This document shows, piece after piece, positions 1-9,540 of a stretch of 53,040 nt of DNA (positions are counted from its first letter, which is position 1; every line of letters starts with the position of its first letter). Below the pieces are notes generated by a model. It was not told the DNA's origin. It saw nothing but the letters and a program-made list of their open reading frames with translations, and did no database searches. The stretch is from the NCBI GenBank assembly GCA_042217585.1, contig JBDGSJ010000013.1, positions 1 to 53,040 on the forward strand, in the 5' to 3' direction. A program made the translations under genes and the position numbers. The DNA comes from Candidatus Nanohaloarchaea archaeon (GTDB taxonomy: Archaea > Nanohalarchaeota > Nanosalinia > Nanosalinales > Nanosalinaceae).

Positions 1-74
1 AAGCAGTTTAAAGAGTTGAAGCCGTACCTGTTGACAGGTGGGTAACTATCGCTGAAGACGAACGAAGAGTTACT

Positions 75-2099
75 GTGACGTCGGCGCTACCGTACATCCA
101 CGGGGTGCCTCACCTGGGAAACATGGCGGCGTTCATACCGGCCGATATATTCCACAGGTACCTTGACGTCCGAGGAGTCAAAAACGAGTACATCTGGGGA
201 AGTGACGTCCACGGGACCCCGACCGAGCTCGAGGCGATGGAGCGGGGCGAGGACGTCGAGGAGATGATGCAGGAACAGCACGAGAAAGTGAAGAAGGTCG
301 CGGACCGGTTCGACATGGATTACTCGATATACTCACATACCCACTCCGACCACAACAGGAAACAGACCCACGACATGTTCGTGGAGCTTTACTGCAACGG
401 ATACATAGAGGAGAAGGAGCAGAACCTGCCGTACTGCCGGAACGACGAGCGTTTCCTGCCGGACCGGTACATCGAGGGAGAGTGTCCTCACTGCGGCGGT
501 CTCGCCCGGGGGGACCAGTGCGACGACTGCGGGAAGCTGGTCGAGCCCGAGGAACTCGTGGAGCCGGAGTGCCAGATATGCGGCGAGTCGGACATAGATT
601 TCAGGGACACCACCCACCTGTTCCTGGACCTGCCGCAGTTCAAGGACGAGATCGGGGAGTGGCTGGACCGCGCGGACCCGCAGCCGGTGCCGGACTCCTC
701 GCTGAAAGAGGTCGAGAACACCCTTGAGGAGACCGAGCCCCGCTGCATCACCCGGGATATCGACTGGGGATTCGAGATACCGGTGGACCGTGTCAACCGG
801 AGGATAGAGGAAGAGGACCTCGACGTGCCGGAACTCGATGAGGATGTCTACGGCGAGAAGGTCCTGTACGTCTGGTTCGATGCCCCTATAGGCTACATCG
901 GCTTCACCCGGGAGATGTTCGACGACGGCGAGGAATGGAAGGAGCACTGGTGCGGCGAGAACACCGAGGTCTACTACTCGATCGGGAAGGACAACACCAT
1001 CTTCCACAGCATTATCTGGCCGTCGATGCTGATCGGTTCAAGGACTGAGGACCGGGAGTACAACCTCCCGCATTACGAGTTCATCCAGCAGTTCCTGCTC
1101 GCGGAGGACACCAAGTTCTCCAAGAGCCGCGGGAAAGGGCTCTCCACGGAGGAGGCTCTGGACATGTACCCGACGGATTACTGGCGATTTTACCTCTCAA
1201 GGAACCTTCCGCAGGAGCACGACACCACTTTCTCGTGGTCCGACTTCGAGAAGGAGATCAACAACGTGCTAAACGACACGGTCGGAAACTTCGTGAACAG
1301 GACCGTCTCGCTTGCGGAGAAATGGTTCGACTCCGAGGTGCCCGATCCCGAGTTCACTGAGAGGGACGAGGAGGTCCTGGCCGAGGCAGAGGAACTCCTG
1401 AGAGAATACGAGCGGGAGTTCGAGGACCACAACCTGAAGGCAGGGCTGGAAAAGGCGCTGGAGCTCGCAAGGCTCGGCGACCGGTACCTGTCCGAGGAGG
1501 AGCCGTGGAACAGTGAGGACCGGAGAGAGGAGGTCATACACGTCGCGCTCCAGATAACCGCGGACCTGTCGACGGTGCTCTACCCGTTCATACCTTCGAG
1601 CGCGGAGCGGACCGCCGAGATGCTGAAGACCGGTATCGACACCTCGGAGGGCTACGACATGCTGAAGAACCCGGCGAGGCTTGAGCCGGGACAGGAAATC
1701 GGAGAGAAGGAGATACTGTTCGAGAAGATCGACACCTCGGACAGGCAGGAAGAGCAGGAAGAAGAGGAAGAGGACGAGATAAGCTTCGAGGAGTTCCAGG
1801 AGATGAATCTGAGGGTCGGAGAGGTACGGGAAGTCGAGGACCATCCGAACGCCGACCGGCTCTACAGGGTCCAGGTCGACGTCGGAGGAGAGGTCCTCCA
1901 GACCTGCGCCGGCCTCGTGGACCACTACGGTAAAGAGGAACTCGAGGGCAGGAAGGTCGTGGTGCTGGCGAACCTCGAGGAGTCCGAGCTCCGGGGCGAG
2001 AAGAGCGAGTGCATGATGCTTGCCGCGGAGGACGATGAAGGAAACGTTTCTCTGCTGGAGACCGATACGGAGATTGATGCGGGGAGCGAGATCAAATAA
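75..2099 (+). CDS. metG: Methionyl-tRNA synthetase with C-terminal tRNA-binding OB-fold
   Basis: TSALPY..G.PHLGN (HIGH), GSDVHG, Zn knuckles CPHC/CDDC/CQIC, YVWFDA, KFSKS, C-terminal LRVGEV..VEDHPNADRL OB domain. True start may be upstream at 48. Confidence 0.97.
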   Translation: MTSALPYIHGVPHLGNMAAFIPADIFHRYLDVRGVKNEYIWGSDVHGTPTELEAMERGEDVEEMMQEQHEKVKKVADRFDMDYSIYSHTHSDHNRKQTHDMFVELYCNGYIEEKEQNLPYCRNDERFLPDRYIEGECPHCGGLARGDQCDDCGKLVEPEELVEPECQICGESDIDFRDTTHLFLDLPQFKDEIGEWLDRADPQPVPDSSLKEVENTLEETEPRCITRDIDWGFEIPVDRVNRRIEEEDLDVPELDEDVYGEKVLYVWFDAPIGYIGFTREMFDDGEEWKEHWCGENTEVYYSIGKDNTIFHSIIWPSMLIGSRTEDREYNLPHYEFIQQFLLAEDTKFSKSRGKGLSTEEALDMYPTDYWRFYLSRNLPQEHDTTFSWSDFEKEINNVLNDTVGNFVNRTVSLAEKWFDSEVPDPEFTERDEEVLAEAEELLREYEREFEDHNLKAGLEKALELARLGDRYLSEEEPWNSEDRREEVIHVALQITADLSTVLYPFIPSSAERTAEMLKTGIDTSEGYDMLKNPARLEPGQEIGEKEILFEKIDTSDRQEEQEEEEEDEISFEEFQEMNLRVGEVREVEDHPNADRLYRVQVDVGGEVLQTCAGLVDHYGKEELEGRKVVVLANLEESELRGEKSECMMLAAEDDEGNVSLLETDTEIDAGSEIK

Positions 2100-2589
2100 G
2101 GTCCTCCATCCCCTTCCTCTCCAGTCTTCTCAGAGCCGACTCGTGGTCCCATGAAAGAATGTTCGAGAACCTCTCCATCGCGTCCTCCATGGGCTCTCCT
2201 CTCTCGTCGACGCCGGTCCAGTCATACGTGAACTGAGGGACAAGTCCGTAGTCTGTGGTCGGGTCTTCCTCCCTGAGGCTCGAGTATACTTTCTCTATCT
2301 CTTCAAGGCTTCCACCGGCGAAATCAACGCTGGGATGGTCCGCGAGCTCTCTCGCGTCGATGCGGTCCAGTCCTTCATCGTCGAACAGGTAGGTGTCGTC
2401 GTACTCGCCGAAGCCCTCCGTCGGGTCGGAAATGTACTCCACGTTGTTGGCCCTGAAGGTATCTCCCTGGTAGTCCGAGGCAAGCCTGAACACCTCATCG
2501 GTGCGGTCCCCTATCACGTCGTAGAGAGGGTTTACCACCACGAGGGCGCTCTCATCTCCTCCATCTCTCGTTCTCTGAACAGCTCTCAT
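2092..2589 (-). CDS. Hypothetical acidic protein
   Basis: Acidic ORF with genome-typical codon usage; ATG at 2589 preferred (ORF track starts 2616); no recognised motif. Confidence 0.6.
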   Translation of the reverse strand: MRAVQRTRDGGDESALVVVNPLYDVIGDRTDEVFRLASDYQGDTFRANNVEYISDPTEGFGEYDDTYLFDDEGLDRIDARELADHPSVDFAGGSLEEIEKVYSSLREEDPTTDYGLVPQFTYDWTGVDERGEPMEDAMERFSNILSWDHESALRRLERKGMEDLI

Positions 2590-2917
2590 GACTCTATCCC
2601 CACCAGTACCGGGCAAAAACTATAAACCCGGTAGTCCGGAGAGGACCCCTTCAGGCACCACCCTCAACCCGTCGTACGCCCTTCAGGGCTTTTCAGAGAC
2701 CCCATCGACCCGAATCAGGACGCCACGGGAGAAGATCTCGGGATGTCTCCGGTCGAAAGTGTATGGACCTCCCGCTGTTCACGCCGTCGCCGGAGGACCA
2801 TCGAACAGCCAGGCGAAAAAGTTCATCTGAACCCGGGAAGGACTCCGGATGTTTTCAGGCCTCCCTGTACCATTCTGGACTCCGGAAAAAGCTAAATTTA
2901 CCCTTAGGACCTCTCTG

Positions 2918-3664
2918 TCATCGTTCGATGATATCCTCTTCGCTCACGTCTGTTCCATCTTCCTCTAGCTCGTCCAGCTCCGCCCTAATCCCTCCGAGAT
3001 AACCGTCGTAGAACTCGTGGTCGGGGACGAGGTCCTGCTCCGACTCGGGCAGGAATCTGGAGGCGCGGAAATCGGACATCGGACCGTCTAATGGATACTC
3101 CCGGAACCTGTCTGTCTCTTCTGAGACCTCTGAAAGCTCCTCGCCGGAGAAGACGTAGCTGAAACCCTTGAATATGTCTTTACCGTACGGATCTATCTGT
3201 AAGGCTGCTGCGCCGCCCGGTCTGACCGCTGTCTCTATCAGATCCAGCGCCCGGGACTGGTCCCAGGGATCGATCTGCGGGAAAAGTGTCTTGGAAACCG
3301 CTATATCGTAGCTGTCCGGGTCCGGCTGCCAGTCCTGCACCCTGCCAGCCCTGCCCTCATCGATCCTGTCCTCCTCGAGCGCCTCCCTGAGTGGCTCGTC
3401 GCCGACGTCTATACCGATGACGTAGGTCTCCAGCCCGTAGACGTCCTCGAGATGGGATGCGAGCCTATCTACCGGCTCGCCGGTGGAGCTCCCGACATCG
3501 ACGATCCTCAGTTCTTCCCTGTCCGAGTAGTCGAACCTCGATGGCAGGACCTCTGAGAACTCCTCGTAGCGGTCGGGGTTGGTGGAGTGGTCCCACCACT
3601 CCCCCATGCTCCGCCCGCTCTGGATGTACTCCATCCTGTTCTGGTCCTTCTTTTCGTGAGTCAT
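2918..3664 (-). CDS. Class I SAM-dependent methyltransferase
   Basis: Motif I-like IVDVGSSTG, acidic strand-2 end (VIGID), YDIAVS, RPGG motif. Confidence 0.75.
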   Translation of the reverse strand: MTHEKKDQNRMEYIQSGRSMGEWWDHSTNPDRYEEFSEVLPSRFDYSDREELRIVDVGSSTGEPVDRLASHLEDVYGLETYVIGIDVGDEPLREALEEDRIDEGRAGRVQDWQPDPDSYDIAVSKTLFPQIDPWDQSRALDLIETAVRPGGAAALQIDPYGKDIFKGFSYVFSGEELSEVSEETDRFREYPLDGPMSDFRASRFLPESEQDLVPDHEFYDGYLGGIRAELDELEEDGTDVSEEDIIER

Positions 3665-3718
3665 GAAGTATGCCTCGTGAACAAGTGATAAATACGGGTC
3701 TCTCCAGACGCAGGTCCT

Positions 3719-3841
3719 TCAGTTCGTACAGAGCTCGACGTGGCGCTTCTCGACGTCGTAAACCGTGTCGAAACCTCCCTCAAGTTCCTCCACGGACTCC
3801 TCTATAAGACCGTCGTAAAAATCCTGGAACCCCTCCTCCAT
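3719..3841 (-). CDS. Small acidic hypothetical protein (40 aa)
   Basis: Manual translation MEEGFQDFYDGLIEESVEELEGGFDTVYDVEKRHVELCTN*; AT-rich TTTATAT element about 25 nt upstream. Confidence 0.4.
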   Translation of the reverse strand: MEEGFQDFYDGLIEESVEELEGGFDTVYDVEKRHVELCTN

Positions 3842-3926
3842 GTTTGTTACTACGTCATAACATCATATAAACTTTTCGGCGTTCGACGGAGGGACCGGGT
3901 CGAGAGAGTTCCCGTGAACCTTTCAG

Positions 3927-4778
3927 CTATCCGACTTCCTGGAGGGCTTTCTCGGCTTCCCGGGCCAGTTCCTCCGTCCGGCTCTGGACCAGTCTCTTCG
4001 CCTTCTCCACCTTTCCGGTGTCGTCCATCCCGGGCAGCACCTTTCCGAATCCTCCCATGAACCTTCTCCTGAGGTGGCGGTCGCCGGTCCTCCGCGGGAG
4101 GCCTATCCTGTCGTCCATCTCCTCCGCGGACCTGACGTACATCGGTGTGTTGATCCTCTGGGATGGCGTCCCGCGGCTCACGCAGTACGCGTTGGCGGCG
4201 ATGTTCTGTATCCTCTGGGCGAGCCTCTCCTCCTTCCTCTCGAGTTCACGGTAACTGGCCGCGGCCGGATGTTCGTCGATCTCATCCCGGTCGAGTTTCT
4301 CTCCTACCTCTTCCCTGACTATGTCTCCGAGCCTTCTCTGCATCTCCCTGTAATCCGTTTGCTCGAGGTGGGCGTGTACGTCCTCGTGGACCGTCCTTAT
4401 CGCCACGTGTGAGGGCTTCACAATATTGACGTACTCGGGGTTCTCCGGATCCCGGAAACGTGGCTCGTAGTTCTCCATCAGGATGTAGGCGGTGTCCCTG
4501 TCGTGGCGGTAGCTGGAGAAGTACCTGCCCGACAGGTGCTGGCCCAGCATGTCTCTTTCCTCTCTCCGGTCCGCCTCGTCCAGCCTCTCCCCCCTCCACG
4601 TCGAGGCGCCGTCGATACCGGCCCGGTCCTCGAACTCGTTCACGTACCCGTCTATGTCCTCCATCAGGGACCTGAACCTCTCCGGCGTCATGCCGTTCCC
4701 GCGGTTCAGGGAGCGGAACGGGTCCTCGCCGCCGCTCTCGAGCATCTCTTCGGCGCGGTCGGTGAGTTCAAGCTTCAC
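3927..4778 (-). CDS. Hypothetical protein with HExxH zinc-metallopeptidase-like motif
   Basis: TVHEDVHAH plus downstream EERLA; no signal peptide. Confidence 0.55.
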   Translation of the reverse strand: MKLELTDRAEEMLESGGEDPFRSLNRGNGMTPERFRSLMEDIDGYVNEFEDRAGIDGASTWRGERLDEADRREERDMLGQHLSGRYFSSYRHDRDTAYILMENYEPRFRDPENPEYVNIVKPSHVAIRTVHEDVHAHLEQTDYREMQRRLGDIVREEVGEKLDRDEIDEHPAAASYRELERKEERLAQRIQNIAANAYCVSRGTPSQRINTPMYVRSAEEMDDRIGLPRRTGDRHLRRRFMGGFGKVLPGMDDTGKVEKAKRLVQSRTEELAREAEKALQEVG

Positions 4779-4801
4779 GGGGATTAATTGGTGCTGAAAA
4801 G

Positions 4802-5623
4802 TTAAAACTCGGAGATTTTTATTTTGTCTCCGATCTCCGCGTCGAGCTGCTTCTCGGCGTTTCCTCCCCGCTTGACCAGTTCCATGTATGGGTCCTCGCC
4901 GCCCGAAGACCCCGGTGCGAGAACGAACTCTCCTTCTTCCACGCCGAATATCCCGTCCGCGACCCTTACCCTGGTCTCCGAGCCAGATACTGTTACCGTG
5001 ACCTCTCCCTCATGATCTATCTCGGATCTCCTGACCGTGGTCTTGAGGTTTCCGAATCCGTCAATATACGCCACCTCTGAACCTGGAGGCTCGGGTATCT
5101 CCCTGTCAATTTCACTGCCCAGAACCTCTTTCTCTCTCCTCAGAACTCGTGATACCGCTTCGGGGAAGATGTCCCTGGATCTGAACTGGCTACCGCCCCT
5201 CGGGACCTCGAGCGACCTCATCTCCTTGACGGACTCCCTCACGAACGAGAATATTTCACCGGAGTCAGTGGCGACTATGGGTACGCCTGATTCGAGCTCT
5301 GCGTAAACGAGTGGCTCACCCTCGTTCCTGTTCCTGGAGGACCTGTCATCCTTTCTCGGTGCCACGTTCACGTAGAGGGCGCGTCGACCGCTCGAGTGGA
5401 GACCCAGCTGTTCCACTATGAACCCGGCAGCAAGAGTCGAGAACGGGGGCACGGATACATCATTGACGTTGCGTATGCCCCGGTCCCAGAGAGCCTGGCG
5501 GACCTCAGTGAACGAGAGGTTTCGGTCCAGCGAATAATCCGCAACGAAGTGCAGAAGAAATTCTTCAGGTGTTTTACCCGATTCCTTTTCGTCTTTTTCT
5601 CGTGGTGGTTTCCAGGTCGACAC
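4802..5623 (-). CDS. SAM hydroxide adenosyltransferase / SAM-dependent halogenase family protein (DUF62)
   Basis: ADY near N-terminus, NVAPR, QFRSRDIFP, YIDGFGNLKT, ELVKRGGNA motifs. Confidence 0.85.
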   Translation of the reverse strand: MSTWKPPREKDEKESGKTPEEFLLHFVADYSLDRNLSFTEVRQALWDRGIRNVNDVSVPPFSTLAAGFIVEQLGLHSSGRRALYVNVAPRKDDRSSRNRNEGEPLVYAELESGVPIVATDSGEIFSFVRESVKEMRSLEVPRGGSQFRSRDIFPEAVSRVLRREKEVLGSEIDREIPEPPGSEVAYIDGFGNLKTTVRRSEIDHEGEVTVTVSGSETRVRVADGIFGVEEGEFVLAPGSSGGEDPYMELVKRGGNAEKQLDAEIGDKIKISEF

Positions 5624-5704
5624 CCCACGACCTTACCAGTTCAGCCCCAGTAATTTAAATGAAACGCTCCCGGCCGAGGCTTCCTCCGGGTCCTCGAGGC
5701 CCTG

Positions 5705-6274
5705 CTAGACCACCTCGACGTCCTCCGCCCCGAGGAGTTCCTCCTCCTTCTCAGGGACCTGTGAAAGATAGAACAGGTATCCTGCCGCGACGGCGGCTGA
5801 AGCGATCAGGACCGCTCCGATCAGCAGGTTTGGGTCCGAGAGCAGCCCCTGAGATGTTTCCGGGGCCGCCGAGGGCGGCTTTTCGGTCGACATTATTCCT
5901 ACCCCGGTCCCGGAACCGTTCTGCGGGGCGGGACTGCTCCCCCTGACGGGCGACAGGACCGTGATGGCGCCACCCGCAGCGGCCAGTACAACCGATGATA
6001 CGAGGGAGAACTTCATCTTCCTCTCCTTCTGGTTGGCTATTATCCTTCCCTCCCGGCTCGCGGAGTACGTGACCCTCCTCCTTCCCTCCTCCTTGTCCTT
6101 CTCCACGAGCCCAGCCTCGTGGAGTTTGTCGAGGTGAGCTGATATCGTGGACTTGCTGCGGTCGAACTCCTGGCTGAGCTCCGAGGTCGTCATCTCCCTC
6201 TCGACGAGGAAGTTCAGGAGTCGGACCCTCGAAGGGGATGAAAGGGCCTTGATGACCGCGAAGTCGAGTTCCAT
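5705..6274 (-). CDS. ArsR-family winged-HTH regulator with two C-terminal transmembrane segments
   Basis: IKALSSPSRVRLL..L..REMT.SELS....SKSTISAHLDKL.EAGLV, followed by two hydrophobic stretches. Confidence 0.85.
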   Translation of the reverse strand: MELDFAVIKALSSPSRVRLLNFLVEREMTTSELSQEFDRSKSTISAHLDKLHEAGLVEKDKEEGRRRVTYSASREGRIIANQKERKMKFSLVSSVVLAAAGGAITVLSPVRGSSPAPQNGSGTGVGIMSTEKPPSAAPETSQGLLSDPNLLIGAVLIASAAVAAGYLFYLSQVPEKEEELLGAEDVEVV

Positions 6275-6319
6275 CAGGACCGGTTTGTGGCTGGAAGTTT
6301 TTAGGAGAAACGGGGAGGG

Positions 6320-6339
6320 TGTTCGGTCTTCACCGAACA
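6320..6339. promoter_or_regulatory. Palindromic candidate operator TGTTCGGT-N4-ACCGAACA
   Basis: Perfect 8-bp inverted repeat in the 107-bp gap between the divergent ArsR gene and the 6382 gene, next to TATA-like TTTATA at 6352-6357. Confidence 0.6.
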
Positions 6340-6381
6340 GCTCCGGGCTGGTTTATAAGGTAAGAGGCGGAATCCGGTCAT

Positions 6382-6831
6382 ATGAGAAAGAAGTACCTTG
6401 CGGTCGCCGGCGTCGTCGCCGGCTTCCTTGTCGGCGGAGGAGTGGTAGGTGCGAGCCAGGTCATGACACAGCAGAGCTCGGCATACACCGGGCTGGTTTC
6501 CTTCCAGACCGGTGAGAACACCTGCGGACAGACCAACGCCACCTCGTCCTCCGTTATAAGGAAGGTGACCGCGGATGACGGCTCCATCGAGTACTCGATA
6601 GAGGGGACCGTCGTGACGAACAACCTCGCCAGGATGGTCAAGGGCAACTTCACGGTCCAGGAGGGGACCGCGAAGCTGAAGGTCTACACGGAGTCCGGAT
6701 CAGGGATGGGAGCGATGTGCATAGGGAACTCGAAGTACACGTCCCGGATCTCCGTCGATCCTGCCGAGATAGACCGGCTCAAGGTCTACCACAACGGCGA
6801 GGAAGTGCTTTCACGGCAGGTCCAGAGCTGA
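6382..6831 (+). CDS. Secreted or membrane-anchored hypothetical protein
   Basis: MRKK plus hydrophobic signal; two Cys; beta-rich; GAMCIG..Y resembles PrcB C-terminal-like domains (weak). Confidence 0.75.
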   Translation: MRKKYLAVAGVVAGFLVGGGVVGASQVMTQQSSAYTGLVSFQTGENTCGQTNATSSSVIRKVTADDGSIEYSIEGTVVTNNLARMVKGNFTVQEGTAKLKVYTESGSGMGAMCIGNSKYTSRISVDPAEIDRLKVYHNGEEVLSRQVQS

Positions 6832-6837
6832 TCACCT

Positions 6838-6864
6838 CTTTTTTCTTTCCTTCTTTTCTATTTC
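6838..6864 (+). terminator. Oligo-T archaeal terminator
   Basis: T-rich tract immediately after the stop at 6831. Confidence 0.55.
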
Positions 6865-6912
6865 ACTGGCGTATGGGAAACCGGTTAAAGCCCGGGAAAG
6901 GAAAGCACCCCC

Positions 6913-7845
6913 ATGAAGAGGAAAACTGCGGTGTTGTGCCTTTCCGCGCTGATGGTCCTCCCAGCCGTGTCCGCCCACCTCCCGAAGTTCCACTCGGGAG
7001 AGGACACGGTGAGGATCGAGGACCCCGGCTCTCCGAAGATAACGCTCTCAAAGCTCGACGGCGTCCGGGCGCATTACTACCGGATGACGCTGCAGAGCGG
7101 TGAAACCCTTTACGCCGGGCTGTATTTCCCGGAGAGGAACGGGGAACTGGACCTGGCTGTCTCGGGACCCGGCATCGAGTCAAGGGGAGATCCTCCGGAG
7201 TACCTGAGGGATATGCCCGGCGAGACCGCGGTCTTCCGGACCCGTGAGACCGACCCGCTCTACGAGCCTTTCACGCCCTCTGCACAGTTCTCGGGCGCCG
7301 CTTACAGGAAAAAGGTCGAGCAGGCAGGTACATACTATATCGCAGTCTTCGGGGAGTCTGGCTCGAAGTACGGACTGGCAACGGGCGGCGAGCAGAGGAC
7401 GCCGTCGGCGGGCTGGTGGACCTCACCATTCTTCCGTGTCAGGACCATGCTCTGGGAGGGAAAAAGTTTTTTCCAGATATTCTGGCCGGCCCTCGCGGTC
7501 CTGGCCGCAGGGTCATCCCTCATCTACCGGTACGGACCGGAGAGGGAGAAGATACCGGTGCTGACGGGCTCGCTGCTCTACCTTTCCACCGCCGCGGTCA
7601 CCTCTGTGCAGGGAATGAGGGCCCTGAACGCGACAGGTTTCCATCGGAACGTGCTCCTGACTGGGGGGATGGTCTTCTTCTCCTCAGGTCTCTCGTTCAT
7701 GCTGTTCCGTGAGAGAAAAAATTTAAGACCGTCAAGACTGGTCCTTTACGGCGTCCTGGGATTTATCGGCTGGACAGGTTACATCGTCGGACCTCTGCTT
7801 GTCACCGGCTACGGGGTCTTTCTCTGGGTCCAGGACCGGTCATGA
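6913..7845 (+). CDS. Membrane protein (signal peptide, extracellular domain, about 4 TM helices)
   Basis: Signal ending SAH, YEPFTP and GTYYIAVF motifs, C-terminal hydrophobic segments. Confidence 0.75.
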   Translation: MKRKTAVLCLSALMVLPAVSAHLPKFHSGEDTVRIEDPGSPKITLSKLDGVRAHYYRMTLQSGETLYAGLYFPERNGELDLAVSGPGIESRGDPPEYLRDMPGETAVFRTRETDPLYEPFTPSAQFSGAAYRKKVEQAGTYYIAVFGESGSKYGLATGGEQRTPSAGWWTSPFFRVRTMLWEGKSFFQIFWPALAVLAAGSSLIYRYGPEREKIPVLTGSLLYLSTAAVTSVQGMRALNATGFHRNVLLTGGMVFFSSGLSFMLFRERKNLRPSRLVLYGVLGFIGWTGYIVGPLLVTGYGVFLWVQDRS

Positions 7846-8037
7846 GCCGTCATGATGCCTGAGGTGCTCCCGCCACGACTCGAACATCACGAGGTAGACG
7901 AAGCCTATCCCCAGTGCCGCCATCATGAAGATGACGCCCGAGGTGATGCCTTCCTCCACCGAGACCCATGCGCTGCCGAGCACGAGGACCGCGAGAGATA
8001 CGAGGTAGACCTGCGATTCTACCATCTGCTGGTCCAT
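7840..8037 (-). CDS. Small membrane protein (2 TM)
   Basis: 65-aa ORF with two hydrophobic helices filling a gap between genes. Confidence 0.6.
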   Translation of the reverse strand: MDQQMVESQVYLVSLAVLVLGSAWVSVEEGITSGVIFMMAALGIGFVYLVMFESWREHLRHHDGS

Positions 8038-8108
8038 ACAGGGGATTCCCTCTCTGCGTTTTTCTTTCTTCCGGACGGTTTAAACCGCTGCTGGTATAAT
8101 TACCGGCT

Positions 8109-8693
8109 ATGGGCCGGACCCCGGGAACCGAGCTGTCGGGCAGGACCCTGATGCTTCTGTCGATGGCGCTGGTGTTCGGCCTGATATTCCTGGGCGCAGG
8201 GGTGTACGGCCTGCTCGGACTTGTGACATCCTCCGGTCACCGGACCCCTGGAATCAACGAGCACAGGATAGAGATGGAGATACACGAGAAGATAAACGAC
8301 AGGAGGACCGCGCGTGGACTGGAGCCGCTGGAGTACGACGTGGAGCTGGCGCAGATCGCCGGTAACTACAGCAGGGAGATGGCGGAGAAGGGTTTCTTCA
8401 GCCACACGAGCCCTTCAGGCGAGGACTTCCTGGACCGTTACCGGGAGGCGGGTTACAGGTGCAGAGTCAGGATCAGCGAGAGGCGGTACGCGAAGGGTGG
8501 AGAGAACCTGTACTCGCTCCACACCGACAGTTTCCACAACTGGACCGAGGAGAGGATAGCTTCTATGGCTGTTAAGGGCTGGATGAACTCGGAGGGCCAC
8601 AGGGAAAACCTCCTGAGGCCTTACTGGGAGAACGAGGGTATCGGGGTCTACATCAGGGGCGACCACTTCTTCGCCACGCAGAACTTTTGCTAA
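8109..8693 (+). CDS. CAP/SCP domain protein, membrane-anchored
   Basis: IND.R..RGL.PL, FFSH, GENL, WMNSEGHRENLL, GIGV, TQNFC. Confidence 0.92.
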   Translation: MGRTPGTELSGRTLMLLSMALVFGLIFLGAGVYGLLGLVTSSGHRTPGINEHRIEMEIHEKINDRRTARGLEPLEYDVELAQIAGNYSREMAEKGFFSHTSPSGEDFLDRYREAGYRCRVRISERRYAKGGENLYSLHTDSFHNWTEERIASMAVKGWMNSEGHRENLLRPYWENEGIGVYIRGDHFFATQNFC

Positions 8694-8726
8694 CAGTTTT
8701 TAGGATTGCCGCCCGGAGTATTTCCC

Positions 8727-9506
8727 ATGAAGCTGAAGTTCCTGGGAACAGGAGGAGGAAGGTACGTCACCGGAACACAGAGGAGGAAGACCGGAGGGAT
8801 AGTGGTCCAGACCGATGAAACACAGGTACATATAGATCCCGGGCCGGGCGCGCTCGTGAACTCGCATGAGATGCTGGAAGAGCCGCTTGAGACCGCCGGG
8901 GTCATCCTCTCGCACGCCCACCTGGACCACTCGAATGACGCAGAGGCGATAGTCGAGATGATGGTGGAGTCGGGGGACCAGCCCGGCGCGGTCTTCGCCA
9001 ACGAGACCGCTCTCCACGGGTACGGGGACACGGAGAAGAGGATATCGGACTACCACCAGGACCTGTGCCAGCGGGTCGAACAGCTGGAGGAGGGAGGGGA
9101 GTACAGCTTCCGGGACGTCGAGATAGAGTCGCAGCAGATGTTCCACTCCGACCCGAAGACCCAGGGCTTCACGCTGGAGACCGACGAGAAGAAGATCGGG
9201 TTCTGGACCGACACGGAGTTCTCGGAGGAGCTGCTGGACCTCTACACCGGATGCGACACGATGGTGATATACTGCTCGAGGCCGAAAGGAGCTGGGACTC
9301 CGCACCACACCGCTGTCTCGGATGTCCCGGACATCATGGAGGGACTGGATGCCTCGACCGCGATAATAACCCATTTCGGGTACAGGTTCCTTGACGGGGA
9401 CCTCGACGGGGAAAAGGACTGGCTGGATGAGGAGATCGAGGCGAAGGTCGTGTTCGCGGACGACGGGATGCAGTTCCCCGGCAACAGATCGCTGGGAGAC
9501 TTCTGA
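8727..9506 (+). CDS. Metallo-beta-lactamase fold hydrolase
   Basis: FLGTGGGR, IDPGPG, SHAHLDHSND, THFG. Confidence 0.9.
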   Translation: MKLKFLGTGGGRYVTGTQRRKTGGIVVQTDETQVHIDPGPGALVNSHEMLEEPLETAGVILSHAHLDHSNDAEAIVEMMVESGDQPGAVFANETALHGYGDTEKRISDYHQDLCQRVEQLEEGGEYSFRDVEIESQQMFHSDPKTQGFTLETDEKKIGFWTDTEFSEELLDLYTGCDTMVIYCSRPKGAGTPHHTAVSDVPDIMEGLDASTAIITHFGYRFLDGDLDGEKDWLDEEIEAKVVFADDGMQFPGNRSLGDF

Positions 9507-9540
9507 AACGACTTAACTCTTGAGACCCCATCCTTCCACC

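Noticed and set aside
2620..2917. Long intergenic region as possible SRP RNA, RNase P RNA or tRNA
   Set aside because: No RNase P or SRP signature motifs and no cloverleaf found by eye; only very short ORFs. An Infernal/Rfam scan would be decisive.
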